NCBI GenBank assembly: GCA_043810925.1
Contig: JBDRNT010000099.1
Coordinates: forward strand, 1 to 52,578
DNA length: 52,578 nt
Direction of reading: 5' to 3'
From: Candidatus Eiseniibacteriota bacterium
GTDB lineage: Bacteria; Arandabacterota; Arandabacteria; Arandabacterales; Arandabacteraceae
In this document: one piece after another, positions 1 through 9,431 of the stretch
Position numbering within the stretch: the first letter of the stretch is position 1
How the letters are laid out: the number at the start of each line of letters is the position of its first letter
Made by a program: the position numbers and the translations under genes
The notes under the pieces: model-generated
Databases searched by the model: none
Told to the model about the DNA's origin: nothing
The model's input: only the letters and a program-made list of their open reading frames with translations

Positions 1-684
1 TCGAAGAAGCTATCGATGGCCCAGGTCTCACCACCATTGGGTGCCGTCACCGTGACCGCGGGGTCGGTGCCGTCGACAACCGCGAAGTCGGCATCGCTTA
101 TGTCCTCACCGTCGTTGGCTGCCCCATCGTATGCGATCACCTTGACCCGTGCCTGGGTGGTCGGTGCAACATCGACCAGCCATGGGAATATGCCGTCGTT
201 CACCTCGCCTGTGGCAATCGTATGAGGATAGGTCGCACCACCATCACTTGAAAGCAGGATGTCTATTGATGTGACACCCACGTTGTCGGTGGCAACCCAC
301 GTGATATCAAAGAAGCTATCGATGGCCCACGTCTCACCACCATTGGGTGCCGTCACCGTGACCACAGGATCGGTGCCATCGACAACCGCGAAGTCGGCAT
401 CGCTTATGTCCTCACCGTCGTTGGCTGCCCCATCGTATGCGATCACCTTGACCCGTGCCTGGGTGGTCGGTGCAACATCGACCAGCCATGGGAATACGCC
501 GTCGTTCACCTCGCCGGTGGCGATCGTATGAGGATAGGTCGCACCACCATCACTTGAAAGCAGGATGTCGATTGATGTGACACCCACATTGTCGGTGGCA
601 ACCCACGTAATGTCAAAGAAGCTATCGACGGCCCAGGTCTCACCACCATTGGGTGCCGTCACCGTGACCACAGGATCCTCGGTA
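1..684 (-). repeat. 306-bp (102-aa) tandem repeat, at least 2.2 copies, PNGGETW Ig-like module
   Basis: gctatcgaYggccc recurs at 9, 315 and 621 (period 306); units are near-identical: DPxVTVTAPNGGETWAxDSFFDITWVATDNVGVTSIDILLSSDGGATYPHTIATGE. Confidence 0.95.
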
Positions 685-2447
685 TCGGGTCCACCTGTTC
701 CCAGCGGCGCCGATGAAACAAGCGAGTAGTCCTGAGGACTTGCGAGCGTACCCTTGTGAGTTACTGACACCAGGTACGTTCCGGCGGGAGGGGACGCAAG
801 ATAGATCTGTTCAGAGTTATCTCTGATGTTGTCTCCGGTAGATGCGGCATATGCGGGATTGGATGGATCCAGCACGTAGGGCTCATATTCAGTAGAGGTC
901 CCAATGTGTTCCAGGCGCACATCCAGGTCATTGACAAGCATCAGTGTCGTAGGATTAAGCGATGGTGATGGAGGAGTCCCCGGAGGATCGGTCCAAGCCA
1001 ATGAGATCCGGACCGGCGAAAGACCATCCAGATCGATGTAGTATTCGTCGGTCTCGCTATTCGCCAGATCTTCCTCGAGAATATGGCCAGGCTCGGTTGA
1101 GTCCAGTTCAATGAGTTCCGCCGCGTGCAGGGTATTCATCAGCCCCCAGCCATTCATGTAATCGGGTCCGGGATAAGGACCTGCCTCGTCGGCCGTCTGA
1201 ATCAGTACAGCCTTCATGGTCGCGGACAGTGGAGTTGTCCCGGTATGGGTAGCCTCATAGTGTCTTACAAGCAGGTTTAGCGAGCCGGAGAGATTGGGCG
1301 AGCTCATCGACGTCCCGCTATAGGTGGCGTAATTCGAAGTGCCCGTGTTTGTGCACGAGTACAAGGATACGCCGTTCGCGACGATATCCGGCTTTATCCT
1401 TCCGTCATCGGTCGGTCCCCAAGCGCTGAACGAACTCATAACTACATCTGATGAGTCCGTCCAGCCGCCGGTAATGTCGTTGACTGCACCCACCGAGAGT
1501 ATGTTCTTGGCCGTCCCGTTCCAGGATACACAATCATATCCATCACTCCCGCCGTCGGGGTCGCGGGTGTCGGTGCTCCACGTCCAACCACCGTCCCAAA
1601 CGTAATGGCCGCCGCCCGCACCGGGACCGTAGTCATTCCGGTCATTACCCGCAGACTTGCAGATCGTGTAGTATGGTGCGTCATAGGCTATCTGATCCCA
1701 GGCCTCGGCCTCGGGGCTGTAAAAGCCGAACCCGTAGTCCTCGACCGTGCTGACCGATATATCGCCATACCAGTACCAGGAGCCGTTGTAATACCAGCCG
1801 GTGCCGTAACCGTAGGAGTGGTTTGATACGTTCATGCCTGCGGCAGCGGCTGAGGCCATCTCGGAGTCATCGTTGGTCCACTCATAGGCTGCCAGGGTCC
1901 CCTGGTACGACATGCCTTTGGCATTACCAACTACACCCTCGCCTATCATGGTACCTGCAACATGAGTTGAGTGATAGTGAGTGCCGCTCGGGCTATCCAT
2001 CTGGGTGACACGCCCGGTGAACTCCTGATGCGTGGTCAGGACACCCCCACCGTCCCACACCGCAAGCTCCCCCAGCGTGGTCCCCGAACCTGTGAGTGAG
2101 AACCCGCCACTTCCGCCCGGCCACACATCGTCGGTGCTGATGGTCCTCGCTGCATTGATGTTTTCGAGGATGTAGACTACGGGAAGTCCTCGCTCATTTA
2201 TGTACATCAACTGGGCATCGGGATCGGCATTGAGCTGCTGCTGGGCCGGCTCGTCACTTTGGAGCAGTTCATAGTATAGCGCCGGACGCCTTGCTTCCAG
2301 GCGCTCCTCCAGCATGCGGCTCAGGCTCTCGAGCTCAGCCTGCTTTGTGACCGGTGCCGCATTCAGGGTACTGCCGACGCCGATCAACATCAGAAGCGCC
2401 AATGAGCCGATAACCGACCAAAGCACAAACGTCTTCCCGGTTTTCAT
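1..2447 (-). CDS. Secreted S8 (subtilisin-like) serine peptidase with C-terminal tandem Ig-like repeats; 3' end runs off the window
   Basis: Not in the ORF track (no stop in window). Manual translation from ATG 2447 (SD GAGGAGG): signal peptide MKTGKTFVLWSVIGSLALLML, triad motifs VWDGG, HSTHVAGT, SGTSMSSP, oxyanion SAGN, and GPTDDGRIKPD. Confidence 0.93.
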   Translation of the reverse strand, partial: MKTGKTFVLWSVIGSLALLMLIGVGSTLNAAPVTKQAELESLSRMLEERLEARRPALYYELLQSDEPAQQQLNADPDAQLMYINERGLPVVYILENINAARTISTDDVWPGGSGGFSLTGSGTTLGELAVWDGGGVLTTHQEFTGRVTQMDSPSGTHYHSTHVAGTMIGEGVVGNAKGMSYQGTLAAYEWTNDDSEMASAAAAGMNVSNHSYGYGTGWYYNGSWYWYGDISVSTVEDYGFGFYSPEAEAWDQIAYDAPYYTICKSAGNDRNDYGPGAGGGHYVWDGGWTWSTDTRDPDGGSDGYDCVSWNGTAKNILSVGAVNDITGGWTDSSDVVMSSFSAWGPTDDGRIKPDIVANGVSLYSCTNTGTSNYATYSGTSMSSPNLSGSLNLLVRHYEATHTGTTPLSATMKAVLIQTADEAGPYPGPDYMNGWGLMNTLHAAELIELDSTEPGHILEEDLANSETDEYYIDLDGLSPVRISLAWTDPPGTPPSPSLNPTTLMLVNDLDVRLEHIGTSTEYEPYVLDPSNPAYAASTGDNIRDNSEQIYLASPPAGTYLVSVTHKGTLASPQDYSLVSSAPLGTGGPDTEDPVVTVTAPNGGETWAVDSFFDITWVATDNVGVTSIDILLSSDGGATYPHTIATGEVNDGVFPWLVDVAPTTQARVKVIAYDGAANDGEDISDADFAVVDGTDPVVTVTAPNGGETWAIDSFFDITWVATDNVGVTSIDILLSSDGGATYPHTIATGEVNDGIFPWLVDVAPTTQARVKVIAYDGAANDGEDISDADFAVVDGTDPAVTVTAPNGGETWAIDSFF

Positions 2448-2586
2448 GCTTGCCTCCTCAAATCGTGACATCTCCCATGCTTGCTGGCCAGAGGACATAA
2501 GTTGGCCCTGGGAAACAGAGCCCCGGCATTCTGACTGCAAGGCTGTTCTTAGACTTCATGTCGCCTGTTGTGATAATGGCCTGTCT

Positions 2587-2595
2587 ATTATACCA
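2587..2595 (-). promoter_or_regulatory. Extended -10 promoter element (TGGTATAAT) upstream of the S8 peptidase
   Basis: Perfect TGnTATAAT on the minus strand about 140 nt upstream of the start; a similar TGTGGTATA copy lies 20 nt further upstream. Confidence 0.55.
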
Positions 2596-2827
2596 CATCA
2601 AGTCACTATATACCACAAGGATTTAACAGTGCCGAAGCTCCGGGGTCAAGGACGTGAATTCTCGATGCCGGCGGGTACGGCCGCTCGCCTATGGCCTACC
2701 GCGAGCATGGTCAACATGATAGCGAAACAGCAAATCACGATCTCCCTTCTAACACACAGCACTCCCGGAGAGGAATAAGGCTTTGAAGGCGAGGGTGGAC
2801 TAGGTTATGCTAAGAGCGGGAGGGGAG

Positions 2828-3955
2828 ATGCTCAGGACCAACATAAGGCTCTTCAGGGTATTCGGAATTCCTATTGAGGTCAATATCTCGTGGTTCATCA
2901 TCTTCGCCCTCGTATCCTGGAGCCTGGTCTCACTCTACTTCCCGACAAGGTACCCTGATCTGTCCGTTGCCTCTCACTGGGGCATGGGGCTCGTTGCGGC
3001 TCTGATGCTGTTTGCCTCTGTGATTCTCCACGAGCTGGGCCATTCGTATATGGCCAAGACCCACGGGGTCCCAATCAAACGCATAACGCTCTTTCTCTTC
3101 GGAGGTGTCTCCCAGCTTTCGAAAGAGTCCTCGGATCCAATTACTGAGATTAAGATAGCGATCGCGGGTCCCGGTGTGAGCTATGTACTCATGGTCGTCT
3201 TCTTCGGTCTCTACTTGGCGGCATCGCGGGGTAATACGCCGCAGAGCGTTGCTCCGGTTCTGAAGTACCTGGCATACGTCAATGGTATCCTCGGTACCTT
3301 CAATCTGATCCCCGGCTTTCCCCTCGATGGTGGGCGGTTGCTGAGGGCCGTAATATGGAGGCTGACGGGTGATCTCCGGCGCTCGACCTACATAGCCACG
3401 AGAGTGGGGGGCATCATCGGGATAGGCTTCATCGCTATAGGTTTTCTCTCGGTCTTCAGAGGCCTCTTCATCTTCGGTCTCTGGATGGTGATGATCGGCT
3501 TCTTCCTGAGACAGGCGGCTGAGGCGAGTTACGTCCAGGTTGTCGTGAGCAGCGCCCTCAAGGGCGTCAAGGTAGGCGACATCATGAAGACCGACGTTGT
3601 CACCGTCTCTCCCGAGCTCACGATTCAGGATCTGGTTGATTCCTACTTCTTCAAGTATCACTACGACTCGTTTCCTGTCAGTCATGAGGGAGACCTGCGG
3701 GGTCTTGTAAGTCTTAACGATCTTAAGAATCTTCCGAGGGAGCGCTGGCGGGATACCTACGTACGTGACGTGATGCAGACGGATCTCTCAACCCTGAGTG
3801 TTGGGAAGGATGAGGATGTGGCACTTGTCCTGCGACGTGCCGTCAGAGATCAGACGGGTACGCATCCAGTGGTTGAAGCAAACCAGCTTGTCGGTATCAT
3901 AACTCGAAGGGACATCATGGAAGCCCTGAGGGTGTTTTCAGATCTCGGTCACTGA
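2828..3955 (+). CDS. Site-2 protease (M50 zinc metalloprotease) with CBS pair
   Basis: HELGH and NLIPGFPLDGG motifs, several TM segments, C-terminal CBS domains; start taken at ATG 2828 after GGGGAG. Confidence 0.93.
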   Translation: MLRTNIRLFRVFGIPIEVNISWFIIFALVSWSLVSLYFPTRYPDLSVASHWGMGLVAALMLFASVILHELGHSYMAKTHGVPIKRITLFLFGGVSQLSKESSDPITEIKIAIAGPGVSYVLMVVFFGLYLAASRGNTPQSVAPVLKYLAYVNGILGTFNLIPGFPLDGGRLLRAVIWRLTGDLRRSTYIATRVGGIIGIGFIAIGFLSVFRGLFIFGLWMVMIGFFLRQAAEASYVQVVVSSALKGVKVGDIMKTDVVTVSPELTIQDLVDSYFFKYHYDSFPVSHEGDLRGLVSLNDLKNLPRERWRDTYVRDVMQTDLSTLSVGKDEDVALVLRRAVRDQTGTHPVVEANQLVGIITRRDIMEALRVFSDLGH

Positions 3956-4579
3956 TTACTGCTTGATATCAAGCCCGATCGTCCCGACTTCTTCAATCTC
4001 AATCCTGAAGGACCCGGCCTTGAGCGGCGGGAAGGTTACTTTGCCCTTATGCGAGTACGTGGTCTTACACGCATCCGGTGAATACAACTTGGTCTTAATA
4101 CCATCGGGCCTGGTCGATGAGGCTTCCTCAACGAGTGTGAGTGTCGGTTTAAGCGTGTCCTCAGCCGGAGCCAATTCCACTGTCACAAGATAGCCCGCAA
4201 GCGACTTGGATATCCTCGGAGCAAGAGCACCGTGTTTCCGGCCTCTTACCGCAACGGTGGAAGGCTGCCGGGGCAACAGGAGATTTCCCGTTGATTTGAG
4301 TATGCGGCAGATACCGTTTCTTAAGATGACATTTATATCGAATCTCTCCTCGGTCCGGGTATGCATCGCGATTATGCTCTCCGCCCTCGCCATGGCTGCC
4401 GCGCTCGGTAGGGCTAGGCTTCCGGGCTTAACATCTATGAGTTGCTTCAATTCGGCGACGTTATGGAGGCAGAGACCGCATCTTGAGAGGTGAGCCTCGA
4501 TGCTCTTACGAATCGAGGCCGTTACCAGACCATCCACATAAGAGGTGATCTCATTTTCTGTCAGGCATTTTTCAGTCAT
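3956..4579 (-). CDS. zf-HC2 (ZAS) anti-sigma factor-like protein without a transmembrane segment
   Basis: HLSRCGLC (HxxxCxxC) N-terminal motif; directly downstream of an ECF sigma; beta-rich C-terminus. Start could be 4597. Confidence 0.8.
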   Translation of the reverse strand: MTEKCLTENEITSYVDGLVTASIRKSIEAHLSRCGLCLHNVAELKQLIDVKPGSLALPSAAAMARAESIIAMHTRTEERFDINVILRNGICRILKSTGNLLLPRQPSTVAVRGRKHGALAPRISKSLAGYLVTVELAPAEDTLKPTLTLVEEASSTRPDGIKTKLYSPDACKTTYSHKGKVTFPPLKAGSFRIEIEEVGTIGLDIKQ

Positions 4580-4604
4580 CTCTTCACCCTTATACATATG
4601 ACGC

Positions 4605-5186
4605 CTATGGGTTCCTTTTTCGGACCATGATTTTGAGTTTTTTCATGGCCCTCGACTTCCTTGCGGAAACGGAATCGACCGTTATGCTCATCAACTTTGC
4701 TATCTCCCGCTCTTTCATGCCCTCAATGTAATACAGGTTCACGATCAACCTGTCCTTGTCCGGGAGCATATCAAGTGCTTCGTTGAGCGTCATCTCGACT
4801 TCGATATCATGCTCGAGGTCGAGGTCCTGTGCTATGACCCGTTCAAGTTCGTCTTCGCCGTTATCGATCGGGGTACTCAGCGATATCGTCGGTCTTCGTT
4901 TCTTACGCCGGAGATAATCATATGTCCTGTTCCTGGCAACGCTCACCAGCCAGGTCGAGACCTTCGACTTCCAGCTGAACTTTCTTAAGGCGGCACAGTC
5001 ATTGATCAGGAGCTTCTCGATTACGTCTGCGAAGATGTCCTCGGCGATCTCGGGCTCATGTATGGAAAACTTTGCCAGGAGACCTGCCACGGATCCGTAG
5101 ACCAACGGCCCGAATGACTTGAGGAACTGCCGCCAGGCTCTGTTGTCTTTGGCAATGCACGCCTGTACGAGTTGTTTATCATCCAT
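4605..5186 (-). CDS. ECF RNA polymerase sigma-70 factor
   Basis: Region 2 (AEDIF...STWLVSVARNRTYDYLRR) and region 4 (LPDKDR...EGMKEREIAKLM...VSARKSRA). Confidence 0.92.
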   Translation of the reverse strand: MDDKQLVQACIAKDNRAWRQFLKSFGPLVYGSVAGLLAKFSIHEPEIAEDIFADVIEKLLINDCAALRKFSWKSKVSTWLVSVARNRTYDYLRRKKRRPTISLSTPIDNGEDELERVIAQDLDLEHDIEVEMTLNEALDMLPDKDRLIVNLYYIEGMKEREIAKLMSITVDSVSARKSRAMKKLKIMVRKRNP

Positions 5187-5191
5187 ATCAG

Positions 5192-5830
5192 TTAATTAAG
5201 CGAAAGCAAGACAGTGATTATGACAGACTGGATCATGGTTAATAGGACGTCGTTTCCGGGTTCTTTCTTTTGCGCTTCCTGCTCTCTCAGTATGATCTCA
5301 AGGTTATTTGCAAGAGACTGGCCGCCACCATGGATCGTCCGAACCACGTTGCCTTCTCCATCCAGCAGTGCCATCGCGGGCAGGACCTTTTGATTGAAGA
5401 GTGCTTCATAGGCCCGGCCTTCGGGGTCGATATAGACGGGTATCTCAAGGTGGAGCGCCAGAACATAAGTCCTGACGGCCTCGGGGTCGCCTATGAACAG
5501 GCATACAGGCCGGATCTTTCTGGCTTCGACTCTTCCGGCCTTGCTGTCGAAGTACACGGCGCCCTCCCTGCATGTGATCAGGCCGGGATCGCCCAGAAAA
5601 ATGAGGGTTCTGCGTCCGTTGCAGATGCTCTTGAGGGTGTGGGACATGTCCCACAAGTCGGTGACAGCGGTGTCGGGGCCGCCGTAGCACATCTGCCAGG
5701 AAGCAACCGCGATGAGCACAATCGAAACGCACAACCCCAAATAGGCGACAGACGGAGCTACTCTATCTTTTCCAGGTAGGCCTGAATGACTGCTCTGGGA
5801 GTTTCCTTGACCTCTACCCATGCTTCCCAT
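5192..5830 (-). CDS. Exported/membrane thioredoxin-fold (redoxin-like) protein with a single active-site-position Cys
   Basis: N-terminal hydrophobic segment; PVYIDPEG...LPAMALLDGEGNVVRTIHG resembles the TlpA/Prx C-terminal half; LITC instead of CxxC. True start probably later (TTG 5740). Confidence 0.6.
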   Translation of the reverse strand: MGSMGRGQGNSQSSHSGLPGKDRVAPSVAYLGLCVSIVLIAVASWQMCYGGPDTAVTDLWDMSHTLKSICNGRRTLIFLGDPGLITCREGAVYFDSKAGRVEARKIRPVCLFIGDPEAVRTYVLALHLEIPVYIDPEGRAYEALFNQKVLPAMALLDGEGNVVRTIHGGGQSLANNLEIILREQEAQKKEPGNDVLLTMIQSVIITVLLSLN

Positions 5831-7164
5831 TGCTTGTATCCCTGCTTCTCGATTGTGACTCGATGGTCACCAACCGTGACCTCGGCAGTAAATGGTGTCA
5901 TACCGACCTCGGTCCCGTCAATCAGTATCGTTGCATCCTCAGGTGTGGATTCAAGAAGAAGATAGCCCAGAATGACCTGATCCTGAATTCCGGGTTCATG
6001 CCTGTGCGTCTCAGTCGGGAAGAGAATAAAGGTCACGAGGATCAGCAGGGCACAGAAAGCGGCAAGACGCGAGCCCCGCCCGGCAATGGCGCGTGAGGCT
6101 TTGCCGCTGGGGATAAGGGTAAGCTGCGGGTCACCGTAGAGTGTATACGCCGCCCAGGTCGGATCGTGCGTACCGAAAGCATGGGCGACATCCAATCTTG
6201 CTTTCCTCAGAGCGTGACCGAATGTCTCGTTCCTGAGAAGATATTCATAAAGACGGGAAGCAAGAAGCGTGGCGGACTTGCTTCTCAGGTCCCAGAGTGA
6301 GGCCACGCACGCTTTTGTACCTCTACGCAACAGGGTCTCAATGAGGCCAAGGGAGCCCCTCCATGCCTCTCTTGAAGCTGCTGCGCACATGTTGAAGAAG
6401 GCAATAGTCGGGGGATCCTGGAGCCCCCGGAGTGCCATGCCGCTCAAGACGTCTCCATTTTTAAGCCTTATGCCTGTGTGACCTTCGTCCGCAGAGACTT
6501 CACCGTGCCCGCTGAAGTGGAAGACTGTAGATCCGGGCAGAGCCGAGAGGATAAACTTCATGTCCACCTCGCTGCCGGTGGCGATCCTCAGGGAAAACTC
6601 CTTGCTCTGTTTCAGCACACCCTTTATTGCATCGATCTCCTCTTCGACGTCCCGGCTTATCGACGGATCCTCCGATGGATCGCCAAGCACAACGACCCGG
6701 TAGGGTGGCGCTTTCTCAGCGTCCTTGGGTGCCTGGGCGTCCTCAGTGTAAATCGCCCTTGCCATGGCGAACCTGTGCGAAAGAAATTCCTCGCCGTCGT
6801 AGAGCATCTCGAAGGGAACGTAGGCCAGGGCCCCGTCAATCTTAAAGAGGAGATAGGTGTCTTCATCAGGCACAAGACTCTTGAGGTGGTCGCACTCATG
6901 CCTCAGTATCTCCTGAAAGAGCGCAAGCCCGAGGGATCGCAGCCGTTCGTCGGTATCCTGCCGCTGCTCCGCTGCTTCTTTCTCGGTCCCGGGCCGCGAC
7001 AGCGCATCTTCCACCAGCTCGTCAAGGTCGCGCGAGATAGCTTCGACGGTGGCTTCATCCGACAGCCATCGTCTTACGACTGGCGAGACTCCGGTGTGGT
7101 AGTCTATGCTGACCGCGAGTTTTCCACCGGACACTATGGTGATCTGGATCTCAACAGGTTTCAT
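5758..7164 (-). CDS. Membrane-anchored CHAT (caspase-like) protease with C-terminal PEGA domain
   Basis: VPFEML, VFHFSGHG (His), FFNMC (Cys), VASLWDL, WAAYTLYGDP; TM segment then STPEDATILIDG...G.H.VTIEKQGY (PEGA). Start ATG 7164 lies downstream of the predicted promoter. Confidence 0.9.
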   Translation of the reverse strand: MKPVEIQITIVSGGKLAVSIDYHTGVSPVVRRWLSDEATVEAISRDLDELVEDALSRPGTEKEAAEQRQDTDERLRSLGLALFQEILRHECDHLKSLVPDEDTYLLFKIDGALAYVPFEMLYDGEEFLSHRFAMARAIYTEDAQAPKDAEKAPPYRVVVLGDPSEDPSISRDVEEEIDAIKGVLKQSKEFSLRIATGSEVDMKFILSALPGSTVFHFSGHGEVSADEGHTGIRLKNGDVLSGMALRGLQDPPTIAFFNMCAAASREAWRGSLGLIETLLRRGTKACVASLWDLRSKSATLLASRLYEYLLRNETFGHALRKARLDVAHAFGTHDPTWAAYTLYGDPQLTLIPSGKASRAIAGRGSRLAAFCALLILVTFILFPTETHRHEPGIQDQVILGYLLLESTPEDATILIDGTEVGMTPFTAEVTVGDHRVTIEKQGYKQWEAWVEVKETPRAVIQAYLEKIE

Positions 7165-7180
7165 GCTTGCCTCTCTTAGC

Positions 7181-7209
7181 ATTGTATTGGATTGGCGGAT
7201 GTGTTTCAA
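7181..7209 (-). promoter_or_regulatory. Sigma-70 promoter of the CHAT/ECF operon
   Basis: TTGAAA-N17-TACAAT on the minus strand, 17 nt before ATG 7164. Confidence 0.65.
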
Positions 7210-7287
7210 CTTGAGAAAATCGGTGTTGCTTCAGGGATGGATCTGCGTTTAAATAGACCCAGGATGCATCTGAGTGGGAGAATCTGA

Positions 7288-8088
7288 TTGAGCCAGACAG
7301 TTTATCATAGATACACCCGGTCAGTGGTTCCCTCCACCACGAGGGTGGTGCGCTGGCTTCTCATCTTTAATGTCGCGATCTTTGTCCTTCAGCATGTCTT
7401 CCTCAATCGGTATCTGAATGTTCTGGGTCTTGTTCCATCTGCTTTCCTGGGCAGGGGCTTCATCTGGCAGATCGTAACCTACATGTTCTTTCACGGAAGC
7501 GTCCTGCACATTCTTTTCAATATGCTCTTTCTATGGATGATGGGCTCGGAGATCGAGAGGCTCTGGGGAGGCCGGGAGTTCCTGAAGTACTACCTGATCA
7601 CGGGTGGTGGTGCCGGACTGGTGAACGTGCTTGTTCAACCGAGATCGTCGATCCCGACGATCGGTGCGTCGGGGGCAATCTTCGGTTTGATAATTGCGTT
7701 CGCCATGGCATTTCCGGATAGAGAGATTCTGCTGTACTTCCTGATCAGAATAAAGGCGAAGTACTTTGCCGTTCTTGTCGGTGTGCTCGAGTTGGTCGCG
7801 CTCTTCCTGATGCCCAGTGCCCCGATCGCAAGATTCGCCCACCTTGGGGGCCTGTTAGTCGGGTTTGTGTACCTGAGGCGTACACACCTGGGGCAGCCGG
7901 TTAAGAGGAAGATTTCGCAGTGGCATCAGGAAGCTTCGGTGCTTGCACACAAACGAGAAGCGGAGGAGCAAGCGAAGAGAGAGGCTGAGGTTGACAGGAT
8001 CCTTGATAAGATAAACAAGCAAGGCATTTCCTCCCTGTCGGATATAGAGAGACAGTTTCTCGAAAGCCAGAGCGGGAAGAGGTCTTGA
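7288..8088 (+). CDS. Rhomboid family intramembrane serine protease
   Basis: HILFNM, GASGA and AHLGG motifs; C-terminal VDRILDKI...G..SLS tail. Confidence 0.93.
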   Translation: MSQTVYHRYTRSVVPSTTRVVRWLLIFNVAIFVLQHVFLNRYLNVLGLVPSAFLGRGFIWQIVTYMFFHGSVLHILFNMLFLWMMGSEIERLWGGREFLKYYLITGGGAGLVNVLVQPRSSIPTIGASGAIFGLIIAFAMAFPDREILLYFLIRIKAKYFAVLVGVLELVALFLMPSAPIARFAHLGGLLVGFVYLRRTHLGQPVKRKISQWHQEASVLAHKREAEEQAKREAEVDRILDKINKQGISSLSDIERQFLESQSGKRS

Positions 8089-8789
8089 ACTACAGGAATC
8101 TCCATCCCTGGGACGTGACCACCAAGCAAGCCGGAGAAATCCAGGAGACGCTGCGGGATATGATCGAGCCCGTGTGGGATGGCAGGGTCGTGCGCACCGT
8201 GGCAGGCACCGATGTTGGATTCCCCGACAAGCAAACCGTTAAGGCCGCGGTCGTGGTCCTTACGTGGCCGGACCTTAAGGTCATCGCGACCCGCGTCATA
8301 ACCCGGCGCTGTACGTTTCCATATGTTCCGGGTCTTCTGGCCTTCAGAGAGATACCGGGGCTCCTTTCAGCCCTTGATGGGATCGATGACGAACCTGACG
8401 TCGTCTTCTGCGATGCCCAGGGGATAGCCCACCGGCGGAGGATGGGGCTTGCGGCCCATCTGGGCATACTGCTCGACAGACCGGTCTTAGGGTGTGCAAA
8501 GTCCGTGCTCTACGGTAAGTTTGAAGAGCCGTCCGACAAGCGGGGTTCATATTCGCATATGCTTGACGATCGAGGTGAGATCATCGGGGCAGCGGTGAGA
8601 ACGCGGCATGCCGTGAAGCCGGTTTATGTATCGATAGGTAACAGGATAGATCTTGAAACGGCAATAGACATGGTTCTCGAATGTTCGCCGAAGTACCGCA
8701 TTGCCATTCCCCTGAGACTGGCCCACAAGTTGAGTGTCGGTGAGGATGTGCTGTGCGGGGGGATCGAACATGAAAAGGAGCTGATCTGA
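8085..8789 (+). CDS. nfi: Endonuclease V (deoxyinosine 3' endonuclease)
   Basis: AGTDVGF, FPYVPGLLAFRE, DAQGIAH, GCAKS, KPVYVSIG motifs. Confidence 0.95.
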   Translation: MNYRNLHPWDVTTKQAGEIQETLRDMIEPVWDGRVVRTVAGTDVGFPDKQTVKAAVVVLTWPDLKVIATRVITRRCTFPYVPGLLAFREIPGLLSALDGIDDEPDVVFCDAQGIAHRRRMGLAAHLGILLDRPVLGCAKSVLYGKFEEPSDKRGSYSHMLDDRGEIIGAAVRTRHAVKPVYVSIGNRIDLETAIDMVLECSPKYRIAIPLRLAHKLSVGEDVLCGGIEHEKELI

Positions 8790-8790
8790 C

Positions 8791-9426
8791 ATGGCTGCCG
8801 TTGACCAGCGGTTTTTTCTGATACGGCATGGCGAGACAGAGTTCAACAGGCTCGGCATATTCAGAGGCAGGTACGAAGTAGATCTCAACGACAGGGGCCG
8901 GAGACAGGCCGGTGAGATAGGGGCGGCCCTTGCGAACGAAGGTATCGACTTCATCCTCACCAGCCCCCTCAGTCGCGCGGTTGAGACCGCCGAGATAGTG
9001 TCGCGGTCCATCGGCGTGGAATACAAGGTTGATGAGGCCTTCAACAACATATCTCTCGGCGAGTGGCAGGGCGTGGAGAAAAAGACGATACAGCATGATT
9101 ATCCTGATCAGTGGAAGCTCTGGACGAGCAAGCCGGAGAATCTCGTCATTCCCGGTGGCGAGACGGTCGAACAGGTGAGACAGCGGTCCTTTTCGAGGCT
9201 CGTTGATATAACCTTAAACCGGAGATCGACTTTCGCCGTCGTCACGCACCGGTCGGTTATCAAGACGCTTGCTGCTTCCCTTCTCGAGGTGCCCCCTCCG
9301 TACTTCTGGAAGTTCTATATCGACAACGCCGCGTACAGCGTTTTCGGATATGACGAAGCTGGATTCACACTCTTAAACTGGAACAAGAACGATCATCTCA
9401 GCGAGAGTGTTACCGAGGTGTTCTAA
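8791..9426 (+). CDS. Histidine phosphatase family protein (PGM/CobC-like)
   Basis: RHGETEFN, SPLSRAVETA, GGET, VVTH motifs. Confidence 0.9.
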   Translation: MAAVDQRFFLIRHGETEFNRLGIFRGRYEVDLNDRGRRQAGEIGAALANEGIDFILTSPLSRAVETAEIVSRSIGVEYKVDEAFNNISLGEWQGVEKKTIQHDYPDQWKLWTSKPENLVIPGGETVEQVRQRSFSRLVDITLNRRSTFAVVTHRSVIKTLAASLLEVPPPYFWKFYIDNAAYSVFGYDEAGFTLLNWNKNDHLSESVTEVF

Positions 9427-9431
9427 CCGAA

